Of a DNA stretch of 64,000 bases, positions 36,814-50,164 are shown piece by piece. Each line of letters begins with the position of its first letter. The first letter of the stretch is position 1. Both the position numbers and the translations under genes were made by a program. The notes below the pieces were generated by a model. The model made no database searches. It worked only from the letters and a program-made list of their open reading frames with translations, and was not told where the DNA came from. This DNA is from Selaginella moellendorffii (lineage: Eukaryota > Plantae > Lycopodiophyta). The stretch covers positions 1,767 through 65,766 of the forward strand of contig NW_003314312.1 in the NCBI RefSeq assembly GCF_000143415.4, read 5' to 3'.

Positions 36814-39760
36814 CAACTTTAGGATCTTGGGAACAGTAAAATATTTTCCTTAAAAAGTTGAGGAAGTGATCCATATAAGCATTTGACTTAACAAACTGCC
36901 TTATAAAGTTGAGGATGGTGCTCAAGAATTTGAGACTGGAGTTAGTAACTGTAGAAGGTCAAATATAGATGAGGATATAGGTCCTTGAAATAGTAGCCGA
37001 GGCTATCTTTAATAAATGTTGGAACAACCCAAGGAATTTGGGATATACTTAAAAGATGATTTGGTATTCTCATAATATAGACAGATAGTCCTAAGAGGCA
37101 AAGTTAACCCATATAGAATAAAGAATAATCAAGTGTCGGAATAACACTTGCAAAGATGGTCCTTGTGAGTAGAACATGAATACAAGAAGTTATATTTCAA
37201 TAAGCTAGCGTCTTAGAAATAGCTATAAGGGTAGGACCTTATGAGTCGTCAAATTAACAAAGTCCAAAAAAGCTGGATGACTCAAGTGGAATCAAAAAAT
37301 GGTCCTAAAGGATCAATAAAAACATTTGGACTGAGGTGTGTTGTACTATACAAAGGATGGGGAGGATAATAAAATCCAAATATGAGAACAATAAATATCT
37401 TGTTAATAACAGAATGTGCCATACTAATATCATGAAAAAGGTGTCCCTGGAAAAAAACAACTTTGGTGTAGAGTTGTGTGTGAACACTATACTATGATAT
37501 TAACTAATAGTTGGCATGAGAAATCATTGCTTTGGTCTTGGCAAAGACCTAGACACAAATGGAAAGTGTCATGAAAGCAAGCTTGTGAAGCTGACAATGT
37601 GGAGGCCCCAAGTGTCTCAAAGGATGATGCCTTAAGATCAAGTTAGTGAGGTTCACAAAAACCCCTTGCCAAAGGAATCCTAATGGAAATGAGAATGGTA
37701 TAACTTAAGTTGAAAGGCATACGGTTAGAGTGTGGTGACCCAAATAATGATGAAGGTGTAGAAGCACTAGCAATGAGTTGTAGTACTTGTCAATTATGGG
37801 GCAACTAAGCAAAAGGTGCAAACATAATTAATTGGATTAGTGGAAGTTAACTTTCCAAAACTTTTTATTGGGATAAGGAGGTTAAATATATTCCTTGGAG
37901 GGATAAATTACCTATATTGAGATATAGTAAGTCAATGTGTTAAAAGAAATGCTCATTGTCAAAGAAGACCATTATTGAGATACTTAAACACTCTTAAATA
38001 CCAAGAAGTGGTGTTTGGTATCATGAAGGCATTGGATAAAGTCTAAGAAACTAATTCCTTAGCTAATAATGGATAGAAGGTGCCATCCAATATCCAAAGT
38101 TGTGGAAACAAAGAAGTCCATCTATTCGAATTAGACAAAACCAAAAGGGATTTTAGCATGGCTAGCAATGGGCATAAAAATACCCATACGTAATTCTAGT
38201 GTGTGGGATTACATGGTGAGCATACTCAGATTGAAGAACCACTCCTTAAATTATTGAATAAATTCATCCCTAAGAATACTTACTAAGGCATGGTAGAAAG
38301 TGCAAAACTACCCTCATAGCCAGAAGGAGAATAACTAAAGGGAAGGTGTAAAGCCAAAAAACAAATAATAAAAGAATAGAACTGAATTATAAATATTAAA
38401 AGGTATAGCCAAAGGTGATTATGCAAGTTGGGAGTGGAGAATTAAGAGGGTGTTTGAAGGTGTTGCTATTGACAACCATAATACTATCTAAAGTATGGAA
38501 TTATTCATGTTAGACTATATAGTGATTAAAAAGCTTGCGAAAGGAAAGGCCTTAGCAAACTAAGGGAGAGAGTCCCTTCAAAGTTCCCAAAGATAATTCT
38601 AAGTAGGTTAACACTTAGAAAGATAAATGTAAATGGTTTATAGAATTATGCAAAAATTAGAGTGGCATAGCAGAAGTATAGTCTTGAAGCTTGCCATGAG
38701 GTGAGGCTATTAAGATTAAGGAACAAATTTCTGAGTGTTCAAAGAGATAGCTTTGAATGAAAGTCGATGGTTAAGGACTTTCATGCTTATGCATGAAACC
38801 ATGTTACACTGGTTAGAAGACTTGCTAAGCAAGATTGACAAGTCGAGGGAACAAAGACCCTAGATGAAGGTGTTGACTTCAAAAAGGTGGCCCATAGGGC
38901 CGAGCATGGAGGAGTCCATGCATGATCATAGACTTGTTAGATGAGAGGACTTAGCAATTCAGAGGAATTAAGTTCATAAACTATGATCAATAGTGCACTT
39001 TGGGATTAAATTAGTGCACCGGTGTGGGGAGTCACATTAGTTATCCTAGGTGATGCTGTTTATAGATGCATATATAAAGGTTAAGTTTGAGTCCCAACCC
39101 TTTAGTGCTTGGGTTCAAGTCCCCATTCACTAAGGTATGGTGATAGTTTAGAATATGAGGACATTCATTTCTCGATCATCATGGGCTCTCAATAAAGAGA
39201 CTGGCTTAGGCATATCACCAAGTGGGGGATGCCTTGGAGTTGTGATGCATAATTAGATTGTTTAGTGTTAAAGCTTAAAATATTTAACTTGAACACTTTG
39301 GTGCAAGTGGCACTAAGGACGTGGTGAATGAGATAGAAACAACCAAGTTTAGTTGCTATGAACCTTTGGCCAAAAAGGTTGGCTTGGGTGCACTGCCAAG
39401 TGTAGAGGATGTCTTTAGGGTTATAGTCAACAATTTAAAGTTCTGGAAGACTTAGTACCTATTGGCAAACTTATTAAGGTGTCAAAGTTAGATCACTAAG
39501 TGATTTTATGGCTAAATAAGGATAAAATCCTTGTGAAGTTAAAGAATAAGGTCCCTAATTCAAAATGTTGATTTAAACTATTGGTAATGGTGTGGCTTGG
39601 TCAAGGTGACCAAGTGGGAAAGACATCTGAGGGAAATGAACTGTGACAATGTAATGGTATTATGAGTTCAAGAAAATAATCTCTACAGAAAGACTCATTG
39701 AGTGAGTCGCAAGGTTGGGCCTGGATAAAGCCCACAATAGAAAATATTATGGAAATTTAC

Positions 39761-40345
39761 TATAAGCAACCAAAAAGAATGATTTGAGAGACGATCCATA
39801 AGGTTTAAATATAGAGGGAAAGGGCCCATGAACAAGAGTGCACCCCTTTTTCCAATCAGTTAAAAATCTTGGGATATTTGGGGTTAAGTGTCTTTGGGTT
39901 TGAATAGTACTAAGTTGAGTGACCACTTGGGAAGTCCAAACTTACATGTGGTATCAGAAGGGCCTTGTGTTTGATTTTGTTAGTTGGCTAGGGGAATCAC
40001 ACCACATGTTAATTCACATTTAGTAGGTCCAATTTGCTCCCATTGGGCTTGACTCGAGGGGTAGGGTGTCAAGAGAGCGAGGCTCTCGGGAGAGTTGCAG
40101 CTCTCAACTTCCATTCACGAAGGCGTAAACTTGCAGAAAAGCATGGTGGATTGTAAGCAATCAAAGAAAACGATTTGAGAGACAATCCATAGGGTTCAAA
40201 TATAAAGGGAAAAGGCCCATGAACAAGAATACACCTCCTTTTTCATTCAGTTAAGGGTTTTAGGATATTTGGGATTAAACGTCCTTAGGTTTGAATAGTA
40301 TTAAGTTGGGTGACCTATTGGGAAGTCCAAACTCAAGAGCTTACA
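39761..40345 (+). mobile_element. TRIM (terminal-repeat retrotransposon in miniature), 585 bp
   Basis: Direct repeats 39761-39946 and 40152-40345 (T[A/G]TAAG...CTTACA); PBS tggtatcaga 39949-39958; purine-rich tract before the second repeat; TSD TTTAC at 39756-39760 and 40346-40350. Confidence 0.88.
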
Positions 40346-41374
40346 TTTACTATAGGTGAACACCCTTTAAACTTAGCAAAGTAAAGCCTTTGCTATGGAA
40401 CCAAAAGGATACATCAAGGATAAAAGTAATGATCCTATATTACTTGGTGTAATGATTAAAGGATAGAAGCAAAATATTAGTGGCTAAGATTGGGCCATGG
40501 AAATCATTAGAAGAAATATAAATAGCAAAGTTAAACAAGGAACACTTATGTATTGAATGCTAATAGATTGTAGGAAAGGAAATATATTTCCAAGAATGAA
40601 TTCCCAAATGCTCTAGTTTGGCAAAAATAAAAGTTCTAAAGGAGGGAGCGACAATTTAGTCAAATGAAGGATGATGATGCTCTCAAGTAAAACATTTTCT
40701 AGGATGGGGAAGTGGAGTTCGCACCATATGTACAATGCAAAGTGTTAGAGATACATAAGAAATTAACTTGAGAAGTCAAAATAAAAGTTCCAAAGTGCAA
40801 TAATTATATTGATAGAAGCTTAGGCTACTTACAAATGAATAGTGGGTTTAACATAGAGAAGGTGTCTCTAATGGGTTTCGCAATGAGTAAACTAATAAAG
40901 GGAGAAAATCACCACAAATGGTCGAATGAGTTTTTAGGTTGGAGAGATTATATTCCTTAGAGGATAAGAAAGGCATAATGAGCCTTCAATGCCGAACCAT
41001 TACGAATATTGGCTTGGGGCTAAGGATGGAAAGGGTAATACATGCTAATATTACTTTAAAAAATGGTTTATTGTTTGATGAGGACATCAAACTTCATTTA
41101 TGGGTGGTGGAGTTGTGAGATATAAATCCCTAAGCCCCAAAGTGGAGCCGAAAGGCTACCACATAGTAATGGTCGAAGCAAAAGCCAAACAAACGTAACA
41201 CATTTGGATTAAAAATTCTGACTTGGAAAATTGAGAGTGGGAGTGGAACTCCCAACAAAGTGCTTAAGGAATGATCACGAAGCAATCAATGAATGAGTCT
41301 CTAAAAGGGACACAAAAAGGACTAACATGTAGCAAGTGTTATGGCACATAGAAGTGTTATGAAGAAGTCTGAAA

Positions 41375-41750
41375 AAGAGTCCAAGATGGAGTTTGAAAAA
41401 GAATCTGAATTAGAGTCTGAGATAGAGTTTAAAATGGACCCAAAATGGAGTTTGAGATGGAATCCAAGATGTACCCAAGATGAACCCAAGATGGAGTCTG
41501 AGATGGACTAGAGATAGAGTCTGAGATGGACCTGAGATGGAGTCTGAGATGGAATTCAAAGTGGATCCGAGATGGAGTCTGAGATGGATCTGAGATGGAG
41601 TTTGAGATGGACCCAAGATGGAGTTTGAGACGAGATTGAGACCGAGACCAAGTCCAAGTTTGAGATTGAGACCAAGACTGAGTTTGAGTTCGAGACTGAG
41701 TCCGAGTTAGAGTTTGAGTCCAAGTCTGAGTTCAAATCCGAGTTCGAGTC
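41375..41750 (+). repeat. GAGATGGAGTCT minisatellite grading into a 6-bp GAGTYY/GAGACY repeat, in the 3' LTR
   Basis: Visible tandem array; same unit as 22320-22558. Confidence 0.9.
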
Positions 41751-41759
41751 TGAATACTA

Positions 41760-42565
41760 ATATAGGTTTTCTTCGTGCTCTTCCTAATTCCTTCCATTCT
41801 CATCGAAGTAACTTGATGCAAGTTGACAAGCTTCAGCTTAGTTGTGCCATACTTGCCATCAAGGAAGAGATCATCATGCAGAAGGATGTTGGAATTCTCC
41901 ACTCCAAATCTGATCAAACTTTGTTTGTAGAAAACTCTTCTAAGCAATCTATAAAGAAGAAGAATAACAACAAAGTTTTGAAGGATAGAGGTTTTTCTAA
42001 GGTAAAGGAGAGTGATATGAAGTCCAACAAAGACACCAAAAAGAAGAAATCTTATGGTTATTACAATAAGTCTAACCATGAAGAGTTTGAATGCAAGTTG
42101 AAGATGAACACCTTCAACAACTGGAGGATTTCAAATCTTCAAAACTTATGGCTCACTATGGATGACTTTTGGATGAAACTTGTGTTGCTGAGGTCAGAAC
42201 CAAGCTTTGTAACAATGCCATGGTAACTAACTCTTTTGTGATTGATTCTAGAGCTACTACTCATCTATCTTGGCATAAAGATCATTTTGTCAAGTATAGA
42301 AATTGTCTTGGCCAGCATGCTGTGCAACTGGGTGTTCATTGCATTGGTGATATTAACGTCCAGACATCTCATGAAAACTTAACTCTGACTAGGGTAATGT
42401 ATGTTCCTACTCTTTGCAAAGATTTACTATCTGTTGCTAAGATTGCTGATATGGGGAACAATGTGTGTTTTGATCATCAAGTTTGTGTCATTCAAAATGC
42501 ACAAACTCATGATGTGGTTGCTATAGCTCCCAAGGAAGGAAATCTATACCCACTCAAGGACAAGG
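41760..42565 (+). mobile_element. Ty1/Copia fragment (end of gag, decayed zinc knuckle, protease, pre-integrase)
   Basis: FVIDSRATTHLS...LTRVMYVPTLCKDLLSVAKI...GNLYPL matches the Copia protease/pol pattern. Confidence 0.85.
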
Positions 42566-42959
42566 TGAGTTGCATACACCCTAGCTTGCACGAAGCCGGC
42601 GGCAAAAGGGCGGGGAAAGCAAGCGTGAGCGATGGCTTCAATTCTTCTGCAAATCCGATTCATACATGACAGGGATGGCGATCGCTAGCTTCCGGGGCTG
42701 TGGATCTTGATCGATCGTCGCTGAAATATCGCCTTCGACACAGGGAAGCATTGCATATGCACGGCGCCACAAGAACTGTAAATGGATGTAACGAGCATTT
42801 GCGTTGGATCCAGTCTCGCGACACGGGGCAATCGATTTCAACGATTAGGTTCTTTGCTTTCCGGCATTTGCTATCTACAGCGACCAAGAAAGTAAGTGCT
42901 TTGCAATTCCTTCTTCACGGATTTCTTCCTGACAAAATTTCGTTCGTTTGATCACAAAT

Positions 42960-43930
42960 ATGGCGAGCAACCATAAGCTTCCATGGCCTTACGTCGTGGA
43001 ACCGGAGGAATCCGTCCGAATCGCAGTCAAGAGCCTCATCGAGTTGTATGACGATATCTATGAGAGTCGCCTAGTTCCCCAGGCGACTGAATGCCCGATT
43101 GAAGGAGATGATTCACACAAAGCTATGGAGGCACAGCTCCTCAAGAGCTTGCTCTATCTCTCGACGACGGGAAGGGTTACGGTGGAAACGATGAAGCAAG
43201 CTCACTGGACCATGTTGCTTCCAGTCCTCATGAAGATGTTTCGAGTGGTTCCTTTGGTTTTGCCGCTCTGGGACGGGAGTGCTACACGGAAGAAAATGCG
43301 ACGTCACTTTTTCTACTGCCTGAAGCGAGCCATAAACAAGATGGACGTCAGTGCCCTCTCTGAATTTCTCTATTCAAGCTTGATCTATAACGTCTACAGG
43401 GTGAAGAAGGTAATAGAGCTCTTTGGAAACTTTATGTCGAAATTACTGACTTTGTAAGCTGTACAGGAGCAAGACGCAGCAGCAGCCTATGGCCGAGCTT
43501 TCAAAGAATATTATCGTTTGCAAGCATTACTCGTGAGTACGCAAGGAAGACTATATTTCTTATAACGTCTTCAAGCTCCTCAAGCTCAGTCACGGTTTTG
43601 GACCACAGAGTGCATGAGACAGATCAATGCTGGTCTCGTTCAGGCATGGACCATGAACAACAATTATAAACAAGTGCGGCTATTCTTACCAAGGTACCTG
43701 TAAAACTGATCGTCAAGTTTTCACAGGGATCTCATTAGCAACGAAAGGACGAGGCCAGAGAATGTGAGCAGTAAATCCCTTTACCAGAGGATTTCTTCCT
43801 GCAGTTATCGTGCAAAACAGAAGCATTTGCTTGTTGCCAGGCAAATCGTGATGAATGTGAACATCTAAGTCAAATGGAGCTTTTACAGGGAAGGGCAGCG
43901 TCTACCGCAGAAGATCACTGAATGGTGAGC
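42960..43930 (+). CDS. Spliced gene or pseudogene of unknown function
   Basis: ORF MASNHKLPWPYVV...CLKRAINKM followed by several short GT-AG introns; no domain recognised. Confidence 0.35.
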
Positions 43931-44049
43931 ATAGTTCGTTTTTAACGAGTTGTAATAAACCGTTTTCTTCTCGCTACAGTAGGCGACTATTCACTAAAGC
44001 TGTGAAGTGACTCTTTTTCTGCGTAGGGTTTATACACAATAGAAAGGTT

Positions 44050-46384
44050 TGTTTGATGGCTCTGTGAGGAGCGAGATCTCCCAGGATTTTCAAGCGGCAT
44101 TTCGCAGCGCGGTCGAAGAGTGGGTATCTGTGGAGCCCATCGTCACCTCTTGCAACAATCCCAAGTTTGGAGACTATCAAATGTCATGGAGTAACCTTTA
44201 AACTCTCTTACAGCAACAATGCGATGGGAATCTGGTCTAGAATCAAAGGCATGCAATCCACATACGGGAATCCAGTCTCCCTTGCGCAGGTAGAAAAGTC
44301 TACCGAGAACTTGCTCGTGTTTTTACACTTTTCTTCTCAGGATGTTTTGCGGAACATTCCCAGGACGAGCATGTTTGAGAAGAGCAGCGTTGCTGGAGCA
44401 GGCTACGCTCTCGGCACGCTTCATTGCAGAGGTATAGATCTTAAGCTCGATCGTTTTCTTCTTCTTATCCTATGTTTCAAAATCAAAACAGATCTGTTTT
44501 GCATCAAGGAGTTGACACAGTTGCGCCCGAGCTGCCCGTTAAGCACGCACTCGTGGATTTCTCTTCGCCAAACATTGCCAAGGAGCTCCATGTCGGACAC
44601 TTGCGCTCTACAGTTATCGGGGATAGTGTGGCGAGAATGCTTGAGTTTTGTAACGTTAAGTGTCATGCGGAGAAACCATGTCGGCGACTGGGGAACGCAG
44701 GTAATGAAGCCAAAGTCCTCCTTTCTTTGTTCCTTTCAGCAAGACCTTGGCAGATCTTTTGCAGTTTGGAATGCTACTTGAACACATATTTGAGACGGAT
44801 GCCGAGGTAGAGGCTATCGGCGACAACCATACGTTAGATAACGTATGGTTTGCTTTCAGAAATCCTGAGTACTGACATCGAGAAATCACCTTGTGCGCAG
44901 AAAATGTACATTGAAGCATCGGAGAGATTTAAAAGCGATGAGCAATTCATCAAATTACAGGTACTGGTGATGGAACAAATATGTTTTCTCAGTACGTTTC
45001 TTTGCTTGGATTTAGAGAAGCGAGGCGGAATATCACGCTAAGTGGAAGTCCCTTTGCGACGTGAGTCGAAGAGCTTACGAACGAACTTATGGCCGTCTGA
45101 ACGTTTCTCTCGAGGAGCAAGTGAGCTGATTCATGCGGCTTTGTTCAGATTGATGAAAAGTCTTTTCTCTTGTCTTGCATGGCGAGAGCTTTTATCATCC
45201 ATACGTTCTCTATGCTATCAAGTCTCTCGAAGAAGAAGGGACTTTTGCAAGAGAGCGATGGTGCAAGGGTGATATTTCTCGAAGGCTATGACATACCGCT
45301 GATTGGACAGAAGCAGCACTTTGATATGTTCTTCCAGGTGACAGGTTTTTTTTTTGGTTTCTCTTTTGTAGACATGACGATATCTATGTATAGGCTACAA
45401 AACTCGCTGGGTGGTTGCCGGAGCATGGATTTCCCAAAGCCCAACATATTGGATTTGGAATGGTGCTTGGCGAAGATGGGAAGCGCATCCGAGGTAGAAA
45501 AGGAGGGGTTTTGCCTGCAAACATGCTGGACGATGCCAAGAGCCGCAGCCACAAGGAACTGGTAGAGCGAGGTAACTGACCCGTCGGAGCTCGTAAAAAT
45601 TCTCACGATCACATCCTAGGCCGAAAAGGAGAGTGGAGTGGTGAAGATTTAGAGGCAGCAGCTGAAGCACTTGGCTATGGAGCCGTCAAGTAAGTTGTCA
45701 AGTTCTTCCACAGATATGAACTTTCTTGTGTTTTTGTAGGTACGAGACCTGAAAAACAACCGCAAAACAAACTATAGATTCGACTTTGAGCAGATGCTGA
45801 ACATCAAGGTTTTGTAACGTCCATCGTTTTCTCAGTTCCTTATTTTTGAGCATTTGCTGGCAGGGAAACACTGCTGTTTATCTTTTCTATGCGTATGCAC
45901 GGGTTTGTTCTATCATCAGAAAATCTGGAAGAAGCATTGACGAAATCAAACAGGTACTAAAACAAGCAGGAGACCATACTCGGCTGTCTTGTTTCTCAAA
46001 TAATTTTTCAGACTTGCGAGCTGGTTGTGGAGCACCCACACGAAAGATCTCTTAGGTTACATCTCATTCAGTTCACAGAGGTAAACACTGGTGCTTTTAC
46101 GCACGACTTAATCCGTGAGCTTAGACCGTAGAGGACTCCATCAGCCGCCTCTTGCCGAGTACTCTCTGCGATTATCTGTACACTCTCTCGGAGCTCTTCA
46201 CGCAGTTCTACACCAGCTGCAAGGTTCTCTCTTTCTCAAATCCTTTTGTTTTTATCTCGAGCTTTTGTTGCAGGTGACTAGAAGCTTGCAAGAGGCAAGC
46301 CGGTTATTGCTCTGTGAGGCAACCCGCCTGATCACGAAACAAGGCCTTGAGTTACTGGGCCTTACACCTCTAGAGAGGTTATGA
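44050..46384 (+). pseudogene. Arginyl-tRNA synthetase pseudogene (spliced, frameshifted, internally deleted)
   Basis: PKFGDYQ..NNAMGIW; [25 protein letters not shown] (HIGH region); NHVGDWGTQ in a shifted frame (~44658); GYGAVKY.DLKNNR; GNTAVYLFYAYARVCSI; LLCEAT...LLGLTPLERL*. The KSDGG...TDLAA segment is missing between IPLI and GQKQHF. Confidence 0.88.
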
Positions 46385-46489
46385 TTATTATTATAATAAA
46401 GGTACGTCGAGTGATTCTTTTACATAAAGAAGTCGAAGCCTTTTTTCTTCCTCCCTTTCTTACAACTTGTAACGTATAAGCCACACAAA

Positions 46490-46640
46490 CTAAGCCGCCG
46501 CAAGTGCCGCAATGTTCATGGGCGATACGTACTCGGTGGTGCCGTTGTACCACCTTTGCACCAGCATGGTGCTGAATGCCTCGGTCGGATGAACCAGATC
46601 CCAGAACATATACTTGTTGCTGTCCTTGCAAGGGATGTCC
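46490..46640 (-). pseudogene. GDSL/SGNH lipase C-terminal fragment
   Basis: Minus-strand frame not in the ORF track reads CKDSNKYMFWDLVHPTEAFSTMLVQRWYNGTTEYVSPMNIAALAAA*, the block V DxxHP motif; upstream blocks not recognised. Confidence 0.75.
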
Positions 46641-47906
46641 TTCCATGCACTGCTCCAAAGCCTCGGGAACGACCAGCCAGCGGGAGGAGGGAATTATCAA
46701 GGAGTTTAGTGGCCATCAATGAGATGGTGAGATTTTCCAAGGTTTACAGCAACTATTTGGCTTTTACTTTTTAGGGGGAGCCTTGGAAAGCAATGCGGCC
46801 TACTGTGTAGGAGTACCTGCATCTTCCACGTGAAGAAGCTCAGACAAACTGGGTAAAGGACAAGCTCATGACACATTATCATGCAAATCATCGAAGGTTG
46901 CAGGCAAGTTTTTGATAATCCTAGCAATAAGCTCGTCAAACTTATCTAGAGTTTATACAGGCACTTCGCTAGTATCTGTGCAATCGTTTAAACCAAGAAC
47001 GCATGGACTGGGGGTTACCATTGAATGGCCTCACGAAGAGTAATCGTAATCGTCCAGGCTATGGACCTTGGATGCCGCGGCCTATTCATGTGAGACAGAG
47101 TGACAAGCCAGCGAGATGATGTTTACACATGAAGTCCTCCGGAAGACATTCCCACAAGTAAGGCTTTCCACGGAAATGCAGGTAAGAAAACCATTGACAA
47201 GGATTGAATCACAGTGCTTTTGCATGGTTTAGAACGCCGTGGATGGATCCAAGGAGTACAAAGGCTGGAATGTTTAATTTACCAAGGCAAGTTGGAACAG
47301 CGGAGTATATGGAGTGTTGTGCTCGACTTGGAGCTATATCTGACCGGCGGCAAACTTAAGGCTGGCTTCCTCAGTGTTAACTCTATCAATGCCTCTAGAA
47401 ATACGTTTTCTTGCGCATCCGCTCGCAGTGTCACGAGGCCGTGGCGTTTGCATCCACTGTGAGTGAAGACTCGCTCGGCTCCTGCAGCAGGTGAGTAAGT
47501 TCTAGTTCGATCCATTTCTTTTTTTCACGAATATGGATAAGAGCAATGCCAGAGTTCCTGCGATACTACGCGAGCTGGATCGAGCTCAGCTTACTCCTAC
47601 CCCCAGGGTTGTATCAAAACTTGCAAGGTTTTCCGTCGCATTGCCTTTGCGAAGCCCAAAGCACAAGAGTCCTTCCAAAAAATTTGTATCATCTCCAAGA
47701 GTAGGGATCCACTCCGGCTGCAGTAGTGCTGCTTAAGATCAAAATGACACGACACAAGACCTTGCACCGTAGACTTTTGTGCAACAAGCAGCAAATCACC
47801 TCTTGGCTGCAGCGAATCAGAGCATCGGACATTCGACCCGTTGCGTGGAATATCCCGCCAATACCCAGATAGGGCATTTAGTGTGAAGAACAAGAGCGCG
47901 GTAGTG

Positions 47907-47960
47907 AGAGCGCTAGGGTTTCGTAGGGAGAGCGCTAGGTTTCGTAGAGAGAGCGCTAGG
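47907..47960 (+). promoter_or_regulatory. ~21-bp triple repeat containing a telo-box (TAGGGTTT) just upstream of an ATG
   Basis: gagagcgctagggtttcgtagg / gagagcgctaggtttcgtaga / gagagcgctagg; ATG at 47973. Confidence 0.5.
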
Positions 47961-47972
47961 CGGCTGGCGACT

Positions 47973-50120
47973 ATGTCGACGCACACTGCGACCCCCGATC
48001 CTGTTGTCTGTCGGCATTTTCAGCGTGGGAAGTAAGTACAAAGCTCCATCCTGATTGATTCGGCTTGATTTCTTGTCTTTCCAGTTGCCGCTTCGGTTTG
48101 CACTGCAAATTTCTACACCAGCAAGTCGCAGATCCAGTCTCTTCCCCTCTCCAATCCAATCACAATGTGAGTTCTTTGCTATGTCCTCTCTCTCTCAGGC
48201 ATGAAACCTTTCAGGTGCACACATCGCAGACAATGCTGACGCGCACTGCGACCTCGGGTCTTCGGATTCTGGTGAGCTCTTTTTTGAGATCTAGCTCCCC
48301 AGGCCTGAAAAAAAAAAAAATCTTACAGGAGACTATCGCGAACACCGAGGGGCCATTGTCAACTGCGCCACGGGTCCGTGCTATGCCATCCAGCTCCAGC
48401 TCGGAGCAGCAGGGAAATGGAGATAAAGGCGTTTTGCAAGGTATTTGCTCTCGCTGATTCCTGTCTATTGTCTTGTGTGATATATGTAGATCGAGGTGTT
48501 TTCTTGTGATCCGTGAGTGGTCTTGTGATAGTTCGTGGATGGATGCCTGTCTTTACAGAGGGAGAGACGGAATCAGCGTCGCCTGCTCAGGCTGAGGAGA
48601 CTGAGAAAAAATTTAGAGAGGACATTTTGCGATACACCACTCTGTAAGTTTCGATCCTTTTTTCCTTTCTAGTTAAGTCTGTCTTTTCTTTCTTTTCTCA
48701 CAGTTAAGTCCTCGCTTTTCTAGGTTGGAGAGGAAGACGCACAGGGGCGTTTCAGTTCCCTCTTGTTCCCTCGCTCTGCTGGTGGAGCACATTAAGCGCT
48801 GCAGCGATATAAGTCTTGCCTCCAAAAGCTGGCTATATTCTATGATCGACAATATCCCAATCAAACCATGCTCAGCTTCCGAGCAAAGTGAATGCCATCT
48901 CAACGAAGAGGAGGCTTTACTGGTGAGGCTTTACTGTTTGTGGTTTGGTTTCTAACTGTTTTGTGTGTGTGTGTGTGTGTGTGTGTTTCAGCACTATTCA
49001 AGGTTTACAGACGAGGCCTTGTCGATGCTTCCAAATGAACAACACAAGGCGTTAGCAGACCTCCATATAAGTATCAACAAAGTGAAGAAGCCAACTGAAG
49101 TCTGCGTTGCCCCTGCCCTCGTCCAACCCCACCGTCGCCGTCCCCGGAAGGTGAAGAAGGTGAAGAAAGTCAAGGTCACCGAAGCAGAGGAAGAAGCCTA
49201 CTTTTCCTGCGAGGAACTGTTCGAAGAAGATGCCACAGTAAGTAACAATGCTTAAAATATAGAAATGGTTAACTTAACTGCTTTTTTGTAGCGTCTTGGA
49301 CTGAGGCTGTTACACTTACAGCTAGTTGCCGAATACGTTACGTTTATGGCAGTCACTATGTACTCATATATCAAGTAAGTAACTTCTAAATGAATTTTAT
49401 GATCTGATTTGGTCTTGTTTTTCTTTTTTTCGTTTTCAATTAGGCTCAAGACAGCGCGAGTAAATCCTCTCCTTGACAAGTTAGAGGCGATAAAGAAGGA
49501 GTTGAAAAAGGCTGTCCAGGATCTGTAAGTCTAAATTTTTTATCAAATCGATTTATAAATTTTGTGGATGCAAGCCTTGGTTTGATTTATTTTGAGAGTA
49601 TTTATAAAAGGCAGTGAACGCCCTGATCTTCTTAAAGAAATCGTGCCACACGTCTGAAATTTCTGGAGCTCCTCCGTCTCTATCACATTGCGGGTCGGTA
49701 AGATCACTTTCTTTGTTTTTAGAGTGATCTCGCTTTGCAAACAGCCAAGACAAATTGGAATTTGCTTGTATTCTTCCAGGAGAGTTTTAACTACTGATTT
49801 GTGACTATCTACTGCCCAGCGAGACTGAAAAGGTAGAAAACAATGCTCGTTTCTTCCTCACCAACGCTCCTTGCTCTGCAGGCCCGCCGATTCCGAAACG
49901 TCGAAGATTTCTCCCAAAGGCGAGGAGCTGAGGAGTGCTTTGTTTTGGATTCTCGTGCAGGTCACATTCCTTTGCTCTTTTCTTGTGGCCAACTTATGTG
50001 GCTTTTCTCTTGCAGATGCTAAACCGGCGAGAGCGTCGCAGGAATCGTAAACTTCGAAGGATCTGTTGATGTTCGGATTTCCTCGCGAGCCTGCGTCTAT
50101 GGCACTTGATGCTACCAAGG
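47973..50120 (+). CDS. Multi-exon gene of unknown function (low-complexity, charged exons)
   Basis: Series of short exons bounded by GT-AG introns with pyrimidine tracts, e.g. LERKTHRG...EEEALL / HYSRFTDEAL...EEDAT. Confidence 0.4.
48962..48986 (+). repeat. (TG)n microsatellite in an intron
   Basis: About 12 TG units. Confidence 0.95.
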
Positions 50121-50164
50121 TACGTCGCACTCTCGTTATAGCAAGCAGTGATGGTGGATTTAAA

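Larger units (their letters stand above)
22052..41750 (+). mobile_element. Large decayed LTR retrotransposon (5' LTR 22052-23836, PBS, non-coding internal region, PPT, truncated 3' LTR from 41114) hosting nested insertions
   Basis: 22052 tgtaagacacaaatccctaagccccaaag matches 41114 tgtgagatataaatccctaagccccaaag over ~500 bp. LTR end ...ttaca 23836, then degenerate PBS tggtattagag 23840-23850. PPT-like gggtggtggag 41102-41112. Confidence 0.75.
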
